Sequence record: DRR723986_593
DNA length: 50,077 nucleotides
Direction: 5' to 3' (one strand)
Of the stretch, positions 38,499-47,519 are shown piece after piece. Position 1 is the first letter of the stretch. The number at the start of each line of letters is the position of its first letter. The position numbers were made by a program, and so were the translations under genes. Under the pieces are notes generated by a model. That model searched no databases, was not told the origin of the DNA, and was given only the letters and a program-made list of their open reading frames with translations.

Positions 38499-39893
38499 AT
38501 GACCGAATGGTGTCCGGACCTTTCCGCCAGCAGTGCTCCGCGCTATGCCGCGATCGCGGACGCCATTGAAGAAGATATTCGCACCGGACGCCTTTCGCCT
38601 GGAGACCGGCTTCCTGCGCAGCGCCAGTTGGCAGCCCGGCTCGGGCTTGACTTCACCACCGTTGCACGCGGTTACACCGAAGCCCGCAGGCGTGGCGCTA
38701 TCTCCTCCATGGTTGGCAGTGGCACATTCGTCACCGGCCCCGACAGCGTGCTGGGCGGCGGCGTTGCAACGCGTGATGCCAAGCGGCTGTCACCTCCGGA
38801 CTTTTCCATGAACCTGCCGCCGGAAGTCAGTGACGCTGGCCTGATTGCCCGTATGAAAGAGGGGCTCGCGGCACTTTCGGCCGACCTCATTCCGCTGCTT
38901 CGATACCAGACAATTTCTGAAAAGGACCCGGACCGCCAGGCTGCAGCACGCTGGCTTGCCGGGGTTGGCCTCAAACCCGACCCGGAAGATATTCTGTTTG
39001 CTCCCGGCGCTCAGGCAGCCCTTGCCGGCATTCTTGCAACGCTTTGTGAGCCGGGTGACCGGATCGCATGCGAAGCAGTCACCTATCCCGGGATCCGCTC
39101 CATCTGCGGACAACTCAGACTGGAGCTTTTCGGCTTGCCGAGCGACGAAGAAGGCATTGATCCGGAGGCCTTTCGCAAAGCCTGTCTCGACGGTCGCCTG
39201 AAGGCACTCTATCTCAATCCCACTCTGCACAACCCAACCACTCGCACCCTCTCCGAGCAGCGGCGCCGCGATCTTGCTGCCACCGCGCAGCGCCACGGCG
39301 TGCCGATCCTGGAGGATGATCCCTACGGCCAGCTCAGCCGCAAGCAGGTCCCGTCGATAGCCGCTCTTGCTCCGGATATCACCTGGTACATCGGCTCTCT
39401 TTCGAAAAGCGTTGGAGCCGGTCTCCGGCTCGCCCACGTCCTTGCCCCGGACCGGAGCGCTGCATGGCAGTTCGCTCGTTCACAGCGCACGTCCAGCGTC
39501 ATGATTTCCCCGCTCACGACAGCCCTGGCCACGCGCTGGATCGAAGATGGCACTGCCAGAGCCCTGCTTCGGCACATCCGAAGCGAAAGCGCGGCCCGGC
39601 AAGAGCTGGCCGCCCGCTATCTGAAAAGCCAGAAATTTGAAGCCGACCCTGACGGATTTCATATCTGGCTTGCGTTGCCGGAAGGCTGGTCTCGTCCGGC
39701 CTTTGTCAGCCAGATGAGGAACCAGGCTGTCGGCGTTGTGGAAAGCGACGCCTTCACAATCGCCGGAAAGGCGGATGAATCCGTGCGGCTCTGTCTGGGC
39801 GGACCACATGATCGCGCTCAAATCGATAGCGCGTTCAGGGTCATTTCCGAGGCATTGGCGTCAACGCCGGACAAGACCTCCACCTACTTCTGA
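38499..39893 (+). CDS. MocR/GabR-family regulator (GntR wHTH plus PLP aminotransferase domain)
   Basis: PGDRLP.QRQLA..L...TTVARGY, HNPT, ILEDDPY and SLSK (PLP lysine)..GLR. Confidence 0.94.
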   Translation: MTEWCPDLSASSAPRYAAIADAIEEDIRTGRLSPGDRLPAQRQLAARLGLDFTTVARGYTEARRRGAISSMVGSGTFVTGPDSVLGGGVATRDAKRLSPPDFSMNLPPEVSDAGLIARMKEGLAALSADLIPLLRYQTISEKDPDRQAAARWLAGVGLKPDPEDILFAPGAQAALAGILATLCEPGDRIACEAVTYPGIRSICGQLRLELFGLPSDEEGIDPEAFRKACLDGRLKALYLNPTLHNPTTRTLSEQRRRDLAATAQRHGVPILEDDPYGQLSRKQVPSIAALAPDITWYIGSLSKSVGAGLRLAHVLAPDRSAAWQFARSQRTSSVMISPLTTALATRWIEDGTARALLRHIRSESAARQELAARYLKSQKFEADPDGFHIWLALPEGWSRPAFVSQMRNQAVGVVESDAFTIAGKADESVRLCLGGPHDRAQIDSAFRVISEALASTPDKTSTYF

Positions 39894-39974
39894 ACGAAAA
39901 GGCAAAGATTGCACACAACCCTCTGCCAATCTGCCGCAGGCGATTGGCTTGCCATGCAAGCAATTTGCTTTATC

Positions 39975-40016
39975 TTTGACTGCAAACATATCCATTCATT
40001 CGAATATTGACTGGAT
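39975..40016. promoter_or_regulatory. Same 11-bp motif upstream of DUF983
   Basis: ATTGACTGGAT (40006-16) is the exact reverse complement of ATCCAGTCAAT. Weaker copies are ATCCATTCATT (39990-40000) and TTTGACTGCAA (39975-85). Confidence 0.6.
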
Positions 40017-40065
40017 TTACGTCTCCGGCTCGAACCGGAAGACCTCTCGCAGGAAAAGGTGTTCC

Positions 40066-40473
40066 ATGACCACTCCACAAAGCTGGCCGCAAATTCCGCC
40101 GATCCGCACCGGCATCAAGGGCCGCTGCCCGCGTTGCGGCGAAGGCTCCATCTTCGACGGCTTCCTGAAGCTGAAGCCGAAATGCGACCACTGCGGACTT
40201 GATTACAGCTTTGCCGACCCTGCGGACGGGCCCGCGTTTTTCGTGATCTGCTTCGGCTGCATTCCCGCAGTCGCCTTTGCGATCTGGCTCGAAATCGCGT
40301 TTACAGCCCCTTACTGGGTGCATTTGGTGACGACCCTGCCGCTGATCCTGGTGACCTGCATTCCTATGCTTCGACCGCTCAAGGGCTGGCTGGTCTCAAG
40401 CCAGTATTTCTACAAGGCGGAAGAAGGCAAGCTGGCCACACCCGTTTCCCAATCCTCGGAAAGCCAGGTCTGA
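40066..40473 (+). CDS. DUF983 family membrane protein
   Basis: GRCPRCGEG.IF.GFL....CDHCG, ADGPA, two TM segments and RPLKG. Confidence 0.9.
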   Translation: MTTPQSWPQIPPIRTGIKGRCPRCGEGSIFDGFLKLKPKCDHCGLDYSFADPADGPAFFVICFGCIPAVAFAIWLEIAFTAPYWVHLVTTLPLILVTCIPMLRPLKGWLVSSQYFYKAEEGKLATPVSQSSESQV

Positions 40474-40519
40474 CGTTCGGAAGCCCCAAGCCGGACCGAC
40501 GACCAGACTTTCCCGAGGC

Positions 40520-40560
40520 AGGCGGTGACATCGGACGGGCGATGCACCGCCTTTTCTTTT
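40520..40560 (+). terminator. Rho-independent terminator after DUF983
   Basis: AGGCGGTG-(A)CATCG-loop-CGATG-CACCGCCT followed by TTTCTTTT. Confidence 0.7.
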
Positions 40561-40585
40561 CTTAAATTGAGAGGCTATGGAGCAA

Positions 40586-40717
40586 GTGGCCGATCCTTCG
40601 AGACGGTGCTTCGCACCTCCTCAGAATGAGGATGAGTGTGCTGCTCTGCTTGCGTCTGAATGCACGCCCGCCTCATCCTGAGGAGCGAGTTCGCTCGCAT
40701 CTCGAAGGATGGGCCGC
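40586..40717. repeat. Inverted pair of alphaproteobacterial REP-like elements
   Basis: Left GTGGCCGATCCTTCGAGACG..CTCCTCAGAATGAGG (40586-631) and right CCTCATCCTGAGGAG..CATCTCGAAGGATGGGCCGC (40671-717) are near reverse complements, each with an internal mini-hairpin. Confidence 0.85.
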
Positions 40718-40744
40718 AATTACCTAACAAACCGGCAGTCAGCG

Positions 40745-42844
40745 TCAGACGGCCCTCACCCACACGGCCGTGTCGTGAAACGCCGCGCCACCATAGGGCG
40801 CCACCGGGTCGGCGCCGGTGAGCGTGTTGATGCCGCGGCCATCCTCGAAAGCATCGTTCGGCCAGATCCCTTCCGAAATCACGGTTCCGGGCGCGACGGT
40901 CGCAACATATCGCGCATGCAAAGTCACGACACCGCGCCGGTTGCCCATCTTCACCTTGGCACCGTCTTCGATGCCGAAACGCTCTGCCTCTTCCGGACGC
41001 AACCAGACCTCCGGTCGGCCTTCCTTCTTCTTCGAGCTGTCGGTCTCGTTGAACGTGGAATTCAGGAAAGAGCGGGCTGGCGATGTCACCAAGCGGAACG
41101 GATGCTGCTCGTCTGCAAGTTCGATGCTGTCCCATTGGTCCGGCAACTCCGGCATCGTCTGCCAGGGACCGAAGATTGTGCCGTCTTCCGGCTTGTTGGG
41201 AGCAGAGGAACGACCCCAGTCAGCCTTGAAGTGGAACTTGCCGTCTGCGTGACCGAAACCGTTGAGATAATGCGCCGTTTCGAAATCAGGCTGCAGATCG
41301 ATCCACTTTCCAGCTTCCAGGTCTGCGAGCGTTCCATAGTTGGAATTGCGCAACAGCCAGTCGATATGGTCGCGTGCGCTCATATCGAATCCGGGGTGAG
41401 GTTTTGAGTCAACGCGCCTGGCGATCTCGTTGATAACAAATATATTTTCCCTAGGACCTTCCGGCGGCTCAACAGCTTTGGGACCCAGCATCAGATACTG
41501 GTGTCCGCCGCCTTTATAAAGGTCGTCATGTTCCAGAAACTGGGTTGCCGGCAGCACGATGTCTGCCATCTGCGCGGTCTCTGTCATGAAATGCTCATGG
41601 ACGACGGTGAAGAGGTCCTCGCGCGCAAACCCCTGCTTTATCAGGTCCTGCTCCGGTGCCACGGAAACCGGGTTGGTATTTTGAATCAGCATCGCCTTCA
41701 CCGGCGGACCACCAAGCAACGCCGCTTCGTCGCCCGTGAGAATACGGCCGACAAGGCTCTGGTCGAGGGCACGCACAGCCAGGTCCTTCAGCGAGCCGGC
41801 TTCGATCATTTCCTTGTTGAGCTGATAGATCGCGCCGTTGTTGTGGAAGGCGCCGCCGCCCTCTTCCTTCCAGCAGCCGGTGACAGCGGCAATGGAACTG
41901 GCAGCATGCATGCCGACTGCACCATTGCGCGACCGGGTGAAGCCGTAGCCGAGCCGGAAATAGGTCTTCTTGACGGAACCGATCAGCTGCGCCAGCTCCT
42001 CGATCCTTGAGACGTCCAGCCCCGTGATCGAGGCAGCCCACTCCGGGGTCTTCGTTTTCAGATGCGCTTCCAGCTCGGCTGGACAATCCGTGTAGGTTTC
42101 CAGGTAATCCCGGTCGGCATGGCCGTCGCGGAAGAGCACATGCATGACAGCGCAGGCAAGCGCGGCATCCGTGCCGGGTTTCAGGATGATGCCGATGTCC
42201 GCCTGCTTCATCGTTTCGGTCTCATAGACGTCAACAACGATAATGCGCGCGCCGCGTTTCTTACGGGCGGCAATGGCATGGGTCATCACGTTGACCTGGG
42301 TCGCGACCGGATTTGTGCCCCAGATGACGATCTGGTCGGAAACCGCCATTTCACGCGGATCAGGCCCTGCCAACTTGCCGGTGCCGGCAACATAGCCTGT
42401 CCAGGCCATGTTGGTGCAGAAGCTGTCGAACTGACGCGAGTAGCCCTTGGTATGACGCAGCCGGTGGATACTGTCCCGCTGCACCATCCCCATCGTACCG
42501 GCATAGTGATAGGGCCAGACGCTTTCGGCTCCAAATTCGGCTTCGGCAGCCAGGAACTTTTCAGCGATCAGATCCAGCGCTGCATCCCAGGAGATTTCCT
42601 CAAAACGGCCTTCACCTTTCTTGCCGGTGCGCCGCATCGGCTTCAACAGCCGGTCCGGGTGGTAAAGCCGTTCGGGATAACGCGCGACCTTGGCGCAGAT
42701 AACGCCTGCGGTATAGGCATTGTCCTTGGCACCATTCAGCCGGCGTACGTCGCCATGCGGATAAAAATGCACCTCCAGCGCGCAGGTCGACGGACAATCG
42801 TGCGGACAGGCGGAAAAAGTGCTCTTGGGCGGCTGCTGGGTCAT
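40745..42844 (-). CDS. Molybdopterin-dependent oxidoreductase (cytoplasmic DMSO-reductase superfamily)
   Basis: CPHDCPSTC...ICAK Fe-S motif, ISWDAAL, WGTNP, PGTDAAL and ADIVLPA. No Tat signal. Confidence 0.94.
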   Translation of the reverse strand: MTQQPPKSTFSACPHDCPSTCALEVHFYPHGDVRRLNGAKDNAYTAGVICAKVARYPERLYHPDRLLKPMRRTGKKGEGRFEEISWDAALDLIAEKFLAAEAEFGAESVWPYHYAGTMGMVQRDSIHRLRHTKGYSRQFDSFCTNMAWTGYVAGTGKLAGPDPREMAVSDQIVIWGTNPVATQVNVMTHAIAARKKRGARIIVVDVYETETMKQADIGIILKPGTDAALACAVMHVLFRDGHADRDYLETYTDCPAELEAHLKTKTPEWAASITGLDVSRIEELAQLIGSVKKTYFRLGYGFTRSRNGAVGMHAASSIAAVTGCWKEEGGGAFHNNGAIYQLNKEMIEAGSLKDLAVRALDQSLVGRILTGDEAALLGGPPVKAMLIQNTNPVSVAPEQDLIKQGFAREDLFTVVHEHFMTETAQMADIVLPATQFLEHDDLYKGGGHQYLMLGPKAVEPPEGPRENIFVINEIARRVDSKPHPGFDMSARDHIDWLLRNSNYGTLADLEAGKWIDLQPDFETAHYLNGFGHADGKFHFKADWGRSSAPNKPEDGTIFGPWQTMPELPDQWDSIELADEQHPFRLVTSPARSFLNSTFNETDSSKKKEGRPEVWLRPEEAERFGIEDGAKVKMGNRRGVVTLHARYVATVAPGTVISEGIWPNDAFEDGRGINTLTGADPVAPYGGAAFHDTAVWVRAV

Positions 42845-42880
42845 GATGCCTTACTGAATTCCTCGAACATGAGCCCGGCA

Positions 42881-42909
42881 AGGTTCCCCCAGCGCGGCCA
42901 CCTGTCAAG
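42881..42909 (-). promoter_or_regulatory. Candidate sigma70 promoter of the oxidoreductase
   Basis: Minus strand TTGACA-16 nt-GAACCT. Confidence 0.4.
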
Positions 42910-42948
42910 TCGGATGGCCGCTTTTACCCATTATCCGGGTGGTTCGTT

Positions 42949-43386
42949 TCACCCGCGTGGGCCGAAATCCGCAACTGTTACGACCCCGTCGCCGTTGCGG
43001 TCGATCATTTCGATCCAGGAGGCTGAGTTGTCGAGAAACTCGGCTTCAGAAACCTTGCCGTCGCCGTCGGTATCATTGACTTCAAGGCGCATGCCGTTTG
43101 CCGGGTTTCTTGCACCTTTCCCCATTCCCTTGGGCTCATTCTCTGCCTGATCCTGGGCTCTTGCCTCATCGAAGAGAACATATTCCTCTGCATCCAGAAA
43201 ACCATCGTCGTTGGCGTCGAAACTGGCAAAGACATTGCCGCGCCGTTCCCGCGCTTCTTCAGCGGTCACTGCACCGTCACCATTCAGATCCCAGTTTTCG
43301 ATGAAATGCGCCCCAGGCCCTTCTGCGGCAAAACATGAGCCCACGGTTGCCAGAATGAGGGCGGCTCCGAGCGTGATCGATTTCAT
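42949..43386 (-). CDS. Exported EF-hand calcium-binding protein
   Basis: Signal peptide and four DxDxDG-type loops (DLNGDG, DANDDG, DTDGDG, DRNGDG). Confidence 0.9.
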   Translation of the reverse strand: MKSITLGAALILATVGSCFAAEGPGAHFIENWDLNGDGAVTAEEARERRGNVFASFDANDDGFLDAEEYVLFDEARAQDQAENEPKGMGKGARNPANGMRLEVNDTDGDGKVSEAEFLDNSASWIEMIDRNGDGVVTVADFGPRG

Positions 43387-43434
43387 GTGATTTCCTTTCT
43401 TTCCAAGTTTCGAATTTTTGAATGTTTCATTTCC

Positions 43435-43465
43435 AAAAAAAGTGCGTGGATGTCACGCACTTTTT
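43435..43465 (-). terminator. Terminator-like hairpin between the YHYH and EF-hand genes
   Basis: AAAAAGTGCGTG-GATGT-CACGCACTTTTT, with a U7 tail on the minus strand. Confidence 0.65.
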
Positions 43466-43469
43466 CCGT

Positions 43470-44621
43470 TCATCTGCCGCTGCAGGGAGATCTCCCCCCA
43501 CGCCCGGCTTCCGGCCTTGCGCCGGGTGGAGGACCTCCGTTGCGCGAGCCAAAGCCTGGCCCATGGCCAGATCCAAGGCCCGGGGGCGGTGGGCGACCTC
43601 CATGCAGAAAACGTGGCGGGTGTCCGCCCTGCGCCTGAACAAGCATGACGGCAGCCTCGCTGTTGTCCGACAACGCCGCAAAATCGACCGTGGGAAGATC
43701 GCGATCGCTCTCGTTCTGGATCTCGCCTCTCATGCCAGCTCGTTTCAAGCGCATGAAGCTGCTGTCTGGGGTGCCCATCCAACAGCGTGGAATGAAAGGA
43801 AATGCATCTGTCAGCACATAGTGATACGTGCCGTTCGGATATTCCGGCGTTACCGCAAAACGCCCGTTGCATTGGTCAAGATCGCCGGCGCCGGCAACAT
43901 AGGCCCAATCCTGTGTGAACTTGCCGTTGTAGCGTCCGCCCGGCCCGCCCGGCCGATTGCCTTTCTTCACCCTGTAGCTGCTGTTCAGCTTCTTGAGCCC
44001 CGAGTTCCGCTTGGGGTCGGAATAGCCGTAAGGGCCGTAGATGGGAAAGCCATCCGCGGCAAATCCCAACAAGGCGGGCACTGACCTGCCATCCTTGGAG
44101 GTCATGACGCCGGTCGGAATGCCATGATAATGGTAGGTGCCATCCGGTTGGACATGGGCGTTGTACCGGTCAAGACCCAGCTTGCAAGCACCGCCCAGCG
44201 CCTCGTAGTTCCATCCCGAACGCCGGTCGTTTTGCCAGAACTCCGCCGTGCCAGGGTCCATGACCACACCGTTCACCGCAATGCCAAAAACCGCCCCCTG
44301 CGCCCTGGTTGCGCTGGAGTTCTTGTGCGGCACCAGAGGGACCTTCAGACTGTAGTTCTTTTTCGAAATGGAATGCGGGTTCCCGCGGTTGGGAAATTTT
44401 CCGGGTGGTTTCACCGGATAGCCGTCGGCATGAATATGGCGATAGTTGCTGTCGACTGATATGTCTGCCGACGCTTCGGCCTTCGGCAGCAAGAGGTTCC
44501 AGACTTCCTCCAAAACATGCGGCTGCTCGACGGCTTGTTCACCTTCCAGTGGCGCCATGCTGTCATGCGCGGCAGCCGGTACTGCAATCAGCACTCCGGC
44601 CAGCGCTATCGATATGCGCAT
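43470..44621 (-). CDS. Exported YHYH-domain protein with Gly/Pro-rich tail
   Basis: GIAVNGV, HVQPDGTYHYHG, GFAADGFPIYG, GDLDQCNG and TYHYV motifs; signal peptide. Confidence 0.88.
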   Translation of the reverse strand: MRISIALAGVLIAVPAAAHDSMAPLEGEQAVEQPHVLEEVWNLLLPKAEASADISVDSNYRHIHADGYPVKPPGKFPNRGNPHSISKKNYSLKVPLVPHKNSSATRAQGAVFGIAVNGVVMDPGTAEFWQNDRRSGWNYEALGGACKLGLDRYNAHVQPDGTYHYHGIPTGVMTSKDGRSVPALLGFAADGFPIYGPYGYSDPKRNSGLKKLNSSYRVKKGNRPGGPGGRYNGKFTQDWAYVAGAGDLDQCNGRFAVTPEYPNGTYHYVLTDAFPFIPRCWMGTPDSSFMRLKRAGMRGEIQNESDRDLPTVDFAALSDNSEAAVMLVQAQGGHPPRFLHGGRPPPPGLGSGHGPGFGSRNGGPPPGARPEAGRGGRSPCSGR

Positions 44622-44701
44622 CGCTCTCTCCCGATCTCTTCGCCCACGAATTGAGTATGAGGCCTTTGGAAGCAGAACGCTGTCAGACAATCGCATCAAA
44701 G

Positions 44702-44718
44702 TGTAACGCAATGTAACG
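44702..44718 (-). promoter_or_regulatory. OmpR-family-like direct repeat upstream of the YHYH gene
   Basis: Minus strand CGTTACA-TTG-CGTTACA, 10-bp period. Confidence 0.45.
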
Positions 44719-44737
44719 GCTGAGAGGTGGCACAAAC

Positions 44738-44768
44738 AGAAAAAGCCGGCCCCGTCGGGACCGGCTTT
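44738..44768 (-). terminator. Rho-independent terminator of ndk
   Basis: AAAGCCGG..CCGGCTTT stem with a minus-strand U tract. Confidence 0.75.
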
Positions 44769-44791
44769 CAAGTCAACTCATTGTCTGCAGG

Positions 44792-45214
44792 TTAGCCGAC
44801 GAGTTCAACACCGGAGAACCAGAACGCGATTTCTTCAGCAGCGGTTTCAGCTGCATCGGAACCGTGTACGGAGTTTTCGCCGATGGACAGGGCGTAGGAC
44901 TTGCGGATCGTGCCTTCTGCAGCGTCAGCCGGGTTGGTTGCACCCATGACTTCACGGTTCTTGGCAATGGCATTTTCGCCTTCCAGAACCTGAACGACGG
45001 TCGGGCCAGAGGACATGAATTCAGTCAGTTCGCCGAAGAACGGACGTTCCTTGTGAACCGCATAGAAAGCTTCAGCTTCGCGCAGGGACATCCAAACGCG
45101 CTTGGAAGCAACGACGCGCAGGCCGGCTTCTTCAAGCTTGGCGGTGATGGCACCGGTCAGGTTGCGCTTGGTGGCGTCCGGCTTGATCATGGAAAACGTG
45201 CGTTCAATCGCCAT
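44792..45214 (-). CDS. ndk: Nucleoside diphosphate kinase
   Basis: [22 protein letters not shown] and NSVHGSD motifs. Confidence 0.99.
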   Translation of the reverse strand: MAIERTFSMIKPDATKRNLTGAITAKLEEAGLRVVASKRVWMSLREAEAFYAVHKERPFFGELTEFMSSGPTVVQVLEGENAIAKNREVMGATNPADAAEGTIRKSYALSIGENSVHGSDAAETAAEEIAFWFSGVELVG

Positions 45215-45285
45215 GGTTTCATCTTTCTCGTTTCAGCAGCGGGCCGGCGGAGTGCCGGTTCCGGATTTTTTAAAATTTCGCGGCC

Positions 45286-45315
45286 TTAATAACGGGGTGC
45301 CGTCACGCCCGCAAG
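45286..45315 (-). promoter_or_regulatory. Candidate sigma70 promoter of ndk
   Basis: Minus strand cTTGCGG-17 nt-TATTAA. Confidence 0.45.
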
Positions 45316-45459
45316 GGGGCCGGGTCATGACATTTTGATGTCGGTAACCGGTTTGTGGCTCAATATGGTGCTGGCCAACATACGAACGGCTGCCTAGTCT
45401 GCGCGCAAATGCAAAGGTCGAGCGGACGGTTTGCGGCGCTCCTCTTCGGGAATGACACC

Positions 45460-46353
45460 ATGGTCGAACTCTTCGCCATCCTGCCGACGCTGCTTTATGC
45501 GGCTGTCGCATCGCTCTGGCTCAGCCTTGCCGCACCCTCGGTGGCGGCCAATACACATGGGACCGAAGGCCCGCAAACTTTCCCCACTTTGGCAGGGCAA
45601 CTTGCCGCCCTTTCGCCCGAACAGCTGGAAGAGCTCTTCGTTTTCGTTGCGGGCAACACGCTGTTCACGCTCTACCACGAGAGCGGACATATGCTTGTCT
45701 CGGAACTGGAACTTCCCGTCCTGGCCCAGGAAGAAGATGCCGTCGACAATCTGGCCACCGTTTCCATGCTCGGCGCGGACACCGACGACATGGATCTTTA
45801 TCTCACACAGGCGATGATCGGTTGGTTCCTGATTGCCGAGGAAGACTACGACGACCTGGTTTTCTACGACGAGCACGATCTGGACCAGCAACGCGGCTAC
45901 AAGATGCTGTGCCTGATGGTAGGGGCCGACGAAGACGCCTTTCTGGATCTTGCCAGAGACCTGGAGTTGCCGGAGGAGCGGATTGAAAGTTGCGCCTTCG
46001 ACTATGGACAGGCCTCGGCTTCGTGGGAAATCGTGACCGATCCTTATCTGAGAGACAGCGATACGCCCGGGGGCAAGATCAAGGTCGTCCACGATCCGGC
46101 AACAAGAGACCTGGAAGCCATGGCCGTTTTCCTGAAGGAAAGCGGACTGGTGGAGATGGTCGCCAAGGAATTCGACACTTTCTACGAGCTGCCGAAGACA
46201 GTCACCTTCCGCTCGACCGCCTGCGGCGAGGAAAACGCCTTCTGGGATCCGCAGACGCGGGAAGTGATCCTCTGCCATGAACTTCTCGCCGGCCTGGCCG
46301 AGATCTATCTGAGTGTTCCGGAAGGAGATGAAAAAGCTCAGAGCGAGGACTGA
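45460..46353 (+). CDS. DUF4344-like putative zinc metallopeptidase (start uncertain)
   Basis: HESGH (HExxH), EEDAVD, DEH.LDQQR and CGEENAFW...VILCHEL motifs; N-terminal signal-like segment. Confidence 0.8.
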   Translation: MVELFAILPTLLYAAVASLWLSLAAPSVAANTHGTEGPQTFPTLAGQLAALSPEQLEELFVFVAGNTLFTLYHESGHMLVSELELPVLAQEEDAVDNLATVSMLGADTDDMDLYLTQAMIGWFLIAEEDYDDLVFYDEHDLDQQRGYKMLCLMVGADEDAFLDLARDLELPEERIESCAFDYGQASASWEIVTDPYLRDSDTPGGKIKVVHDPATRDLEAMAVFLKESGLVEMVAKEFDTFYELPKTVTFRSTACGEENAFWDPQTREVILCHELLAGLAEIYLSVPEGDEKAQSED

Positions 46354-47366
46354 GCATTCTTGCGATAAGCGCCTGGCGCTTCGCCATATGCCTTCTGGAA
46401 TTCCCTGTAGAAGTTCGAACGGGTCAAAAACCCGGCCCGCTCCTGTATCTGGCCGACAGGTTCATCCGTCGTGACCAGCAGTCGTTCCGCTTCCGCGAGG
46501 CGGACCAGATTGACGAACTGGCTGACATTGACGCCTTCAACTGCGTTGACGGCTCTGGATAGATCCCGATCAGGAACCCCGACCCGCCGGGCCAGCCGCG
46601 TAAGTGTGAGCGATGGATCCCGGAAGAACTCCTGGTCGATCAGAACCGTTCTAGCAGCTTCAACCAGTTCTGCCTGTCGCGCTTCGCTTGCAGCAAACTC
46701 CTTCCCAGTATTCCGGGATCGCCCGAACCGAGTGCCTAGAAATCCAATGGCGGCTCCCACTGCGATCACCAGGAAAAACAGGCTTGCACCGGAAATTGCC
46801 AGAGCTGCGTCCTCCTGTCTTTCTTGCGCAAAAAGATATGCGACGAGAGCATCGATCAGGAGCGTGGCCACCATGACCAATATGGAGAAGAGAAGCAGCT
46901 TGTGCAGCAGCCCCCCCATGTTTGTCGGCGCTTCAGCAAAGACGTCCTGCCCGTTGATCCAGATCCGCGCGAGAGCCAGCGAATAGACCGCATAGCTTAT
47001 CCCGATCACCCCATCGACATATCCGGTCACCGGCACCGGCAAATACAACACTATCGTCATAATGGCCGCCGCCCCAAGGTTCCATACAATCAGTCGCCGG
47101 GCTCTTTCGACGGTAACCGTGAGGGAAATGAAGGCGAGATAAATAACCGGCGCTATCCACACGGGCAGAATCCGTTGAACCGCAAGAAACTCGAAATGCC
47201 CATAGGCAAAACGCTTTCCGACCAAGGACGCCTCGACCGCCATCAGGCAAAACACCCCGGCAAACATTCCGCGTGCCTGTCCAGGCAGAGACCGCCAGGC
47301 CAGAGTCGCCAGGGCGAGCCCTCCGAACAGTGCGGCTAGCAGGAAAGACACCGGAATGCTGATCAT
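46338..47366 (-). CDS. Membrane-anchored AraC-family regulator
   Basis: Several N-terminal TM segments; C-terminal LTLTRLARR..LSRAVN..FVN.VR..GFLTRSNFYREF. Confidence 0.9.
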   Translation of the reverse strand: MISIPVSFLLAALFGGLALATLAWRSLPGQARGMFAGVFCLMAVEASLVGKRFAYGHFEFLAVQRILPVWIAPVIYLAFISLTVTVERARRLIVWNLGAAAIMTIVLYLPVPVTGYVDGVIGISYAVYSLALARIWINGQDVFAEAPTNMGGLLHKLLLFSILVMVATLLIDALVAYLFAQERQEDAALAISGASLFFLVIAVGAAIGFLGTRFGRSRNTGKEFAASEARQAELVEAARTVLIDQEFFRDPSLTLTRLARRVGVPDRDLSRAVNAVEGVNVSQFVNLVRLAEAERLLVTTDEPVGQIQERAGFLTRSNFYREFQKAYGEAPGAYRKNAQSSL

Positions 47367-47413
47367 CTTTGGTCCAACGCGCTCGACTGTGGAGACACAA
47401 CAACCTGTAGGTT

Positions 47414-47439
47414 CTGTCCTTTATCACGATTGAGGACAG
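47414..47439. promoter_or_regulatory. Palindromic operator candidate between AraC and the hydrolase
   Basis: CTGTCCT-TT-ATC-AC-GAT-TG-AGGACAG. Confidence 0.55.
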
Positions 47440-47519
47440 GACATCGCCTCCGAGGCAATTGTCAACTGGTCTGGCGCAGAGCATCTCCAGGACTTCCTGC
47501 TAACCCCCCTGGAGGTTCC

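Noticed and set aside
46338-46353. 16-bp convergent overlap of the DUF4344 and AraC genes
   Set aside because: Short 3' overlaps are common and both proteins look complete.
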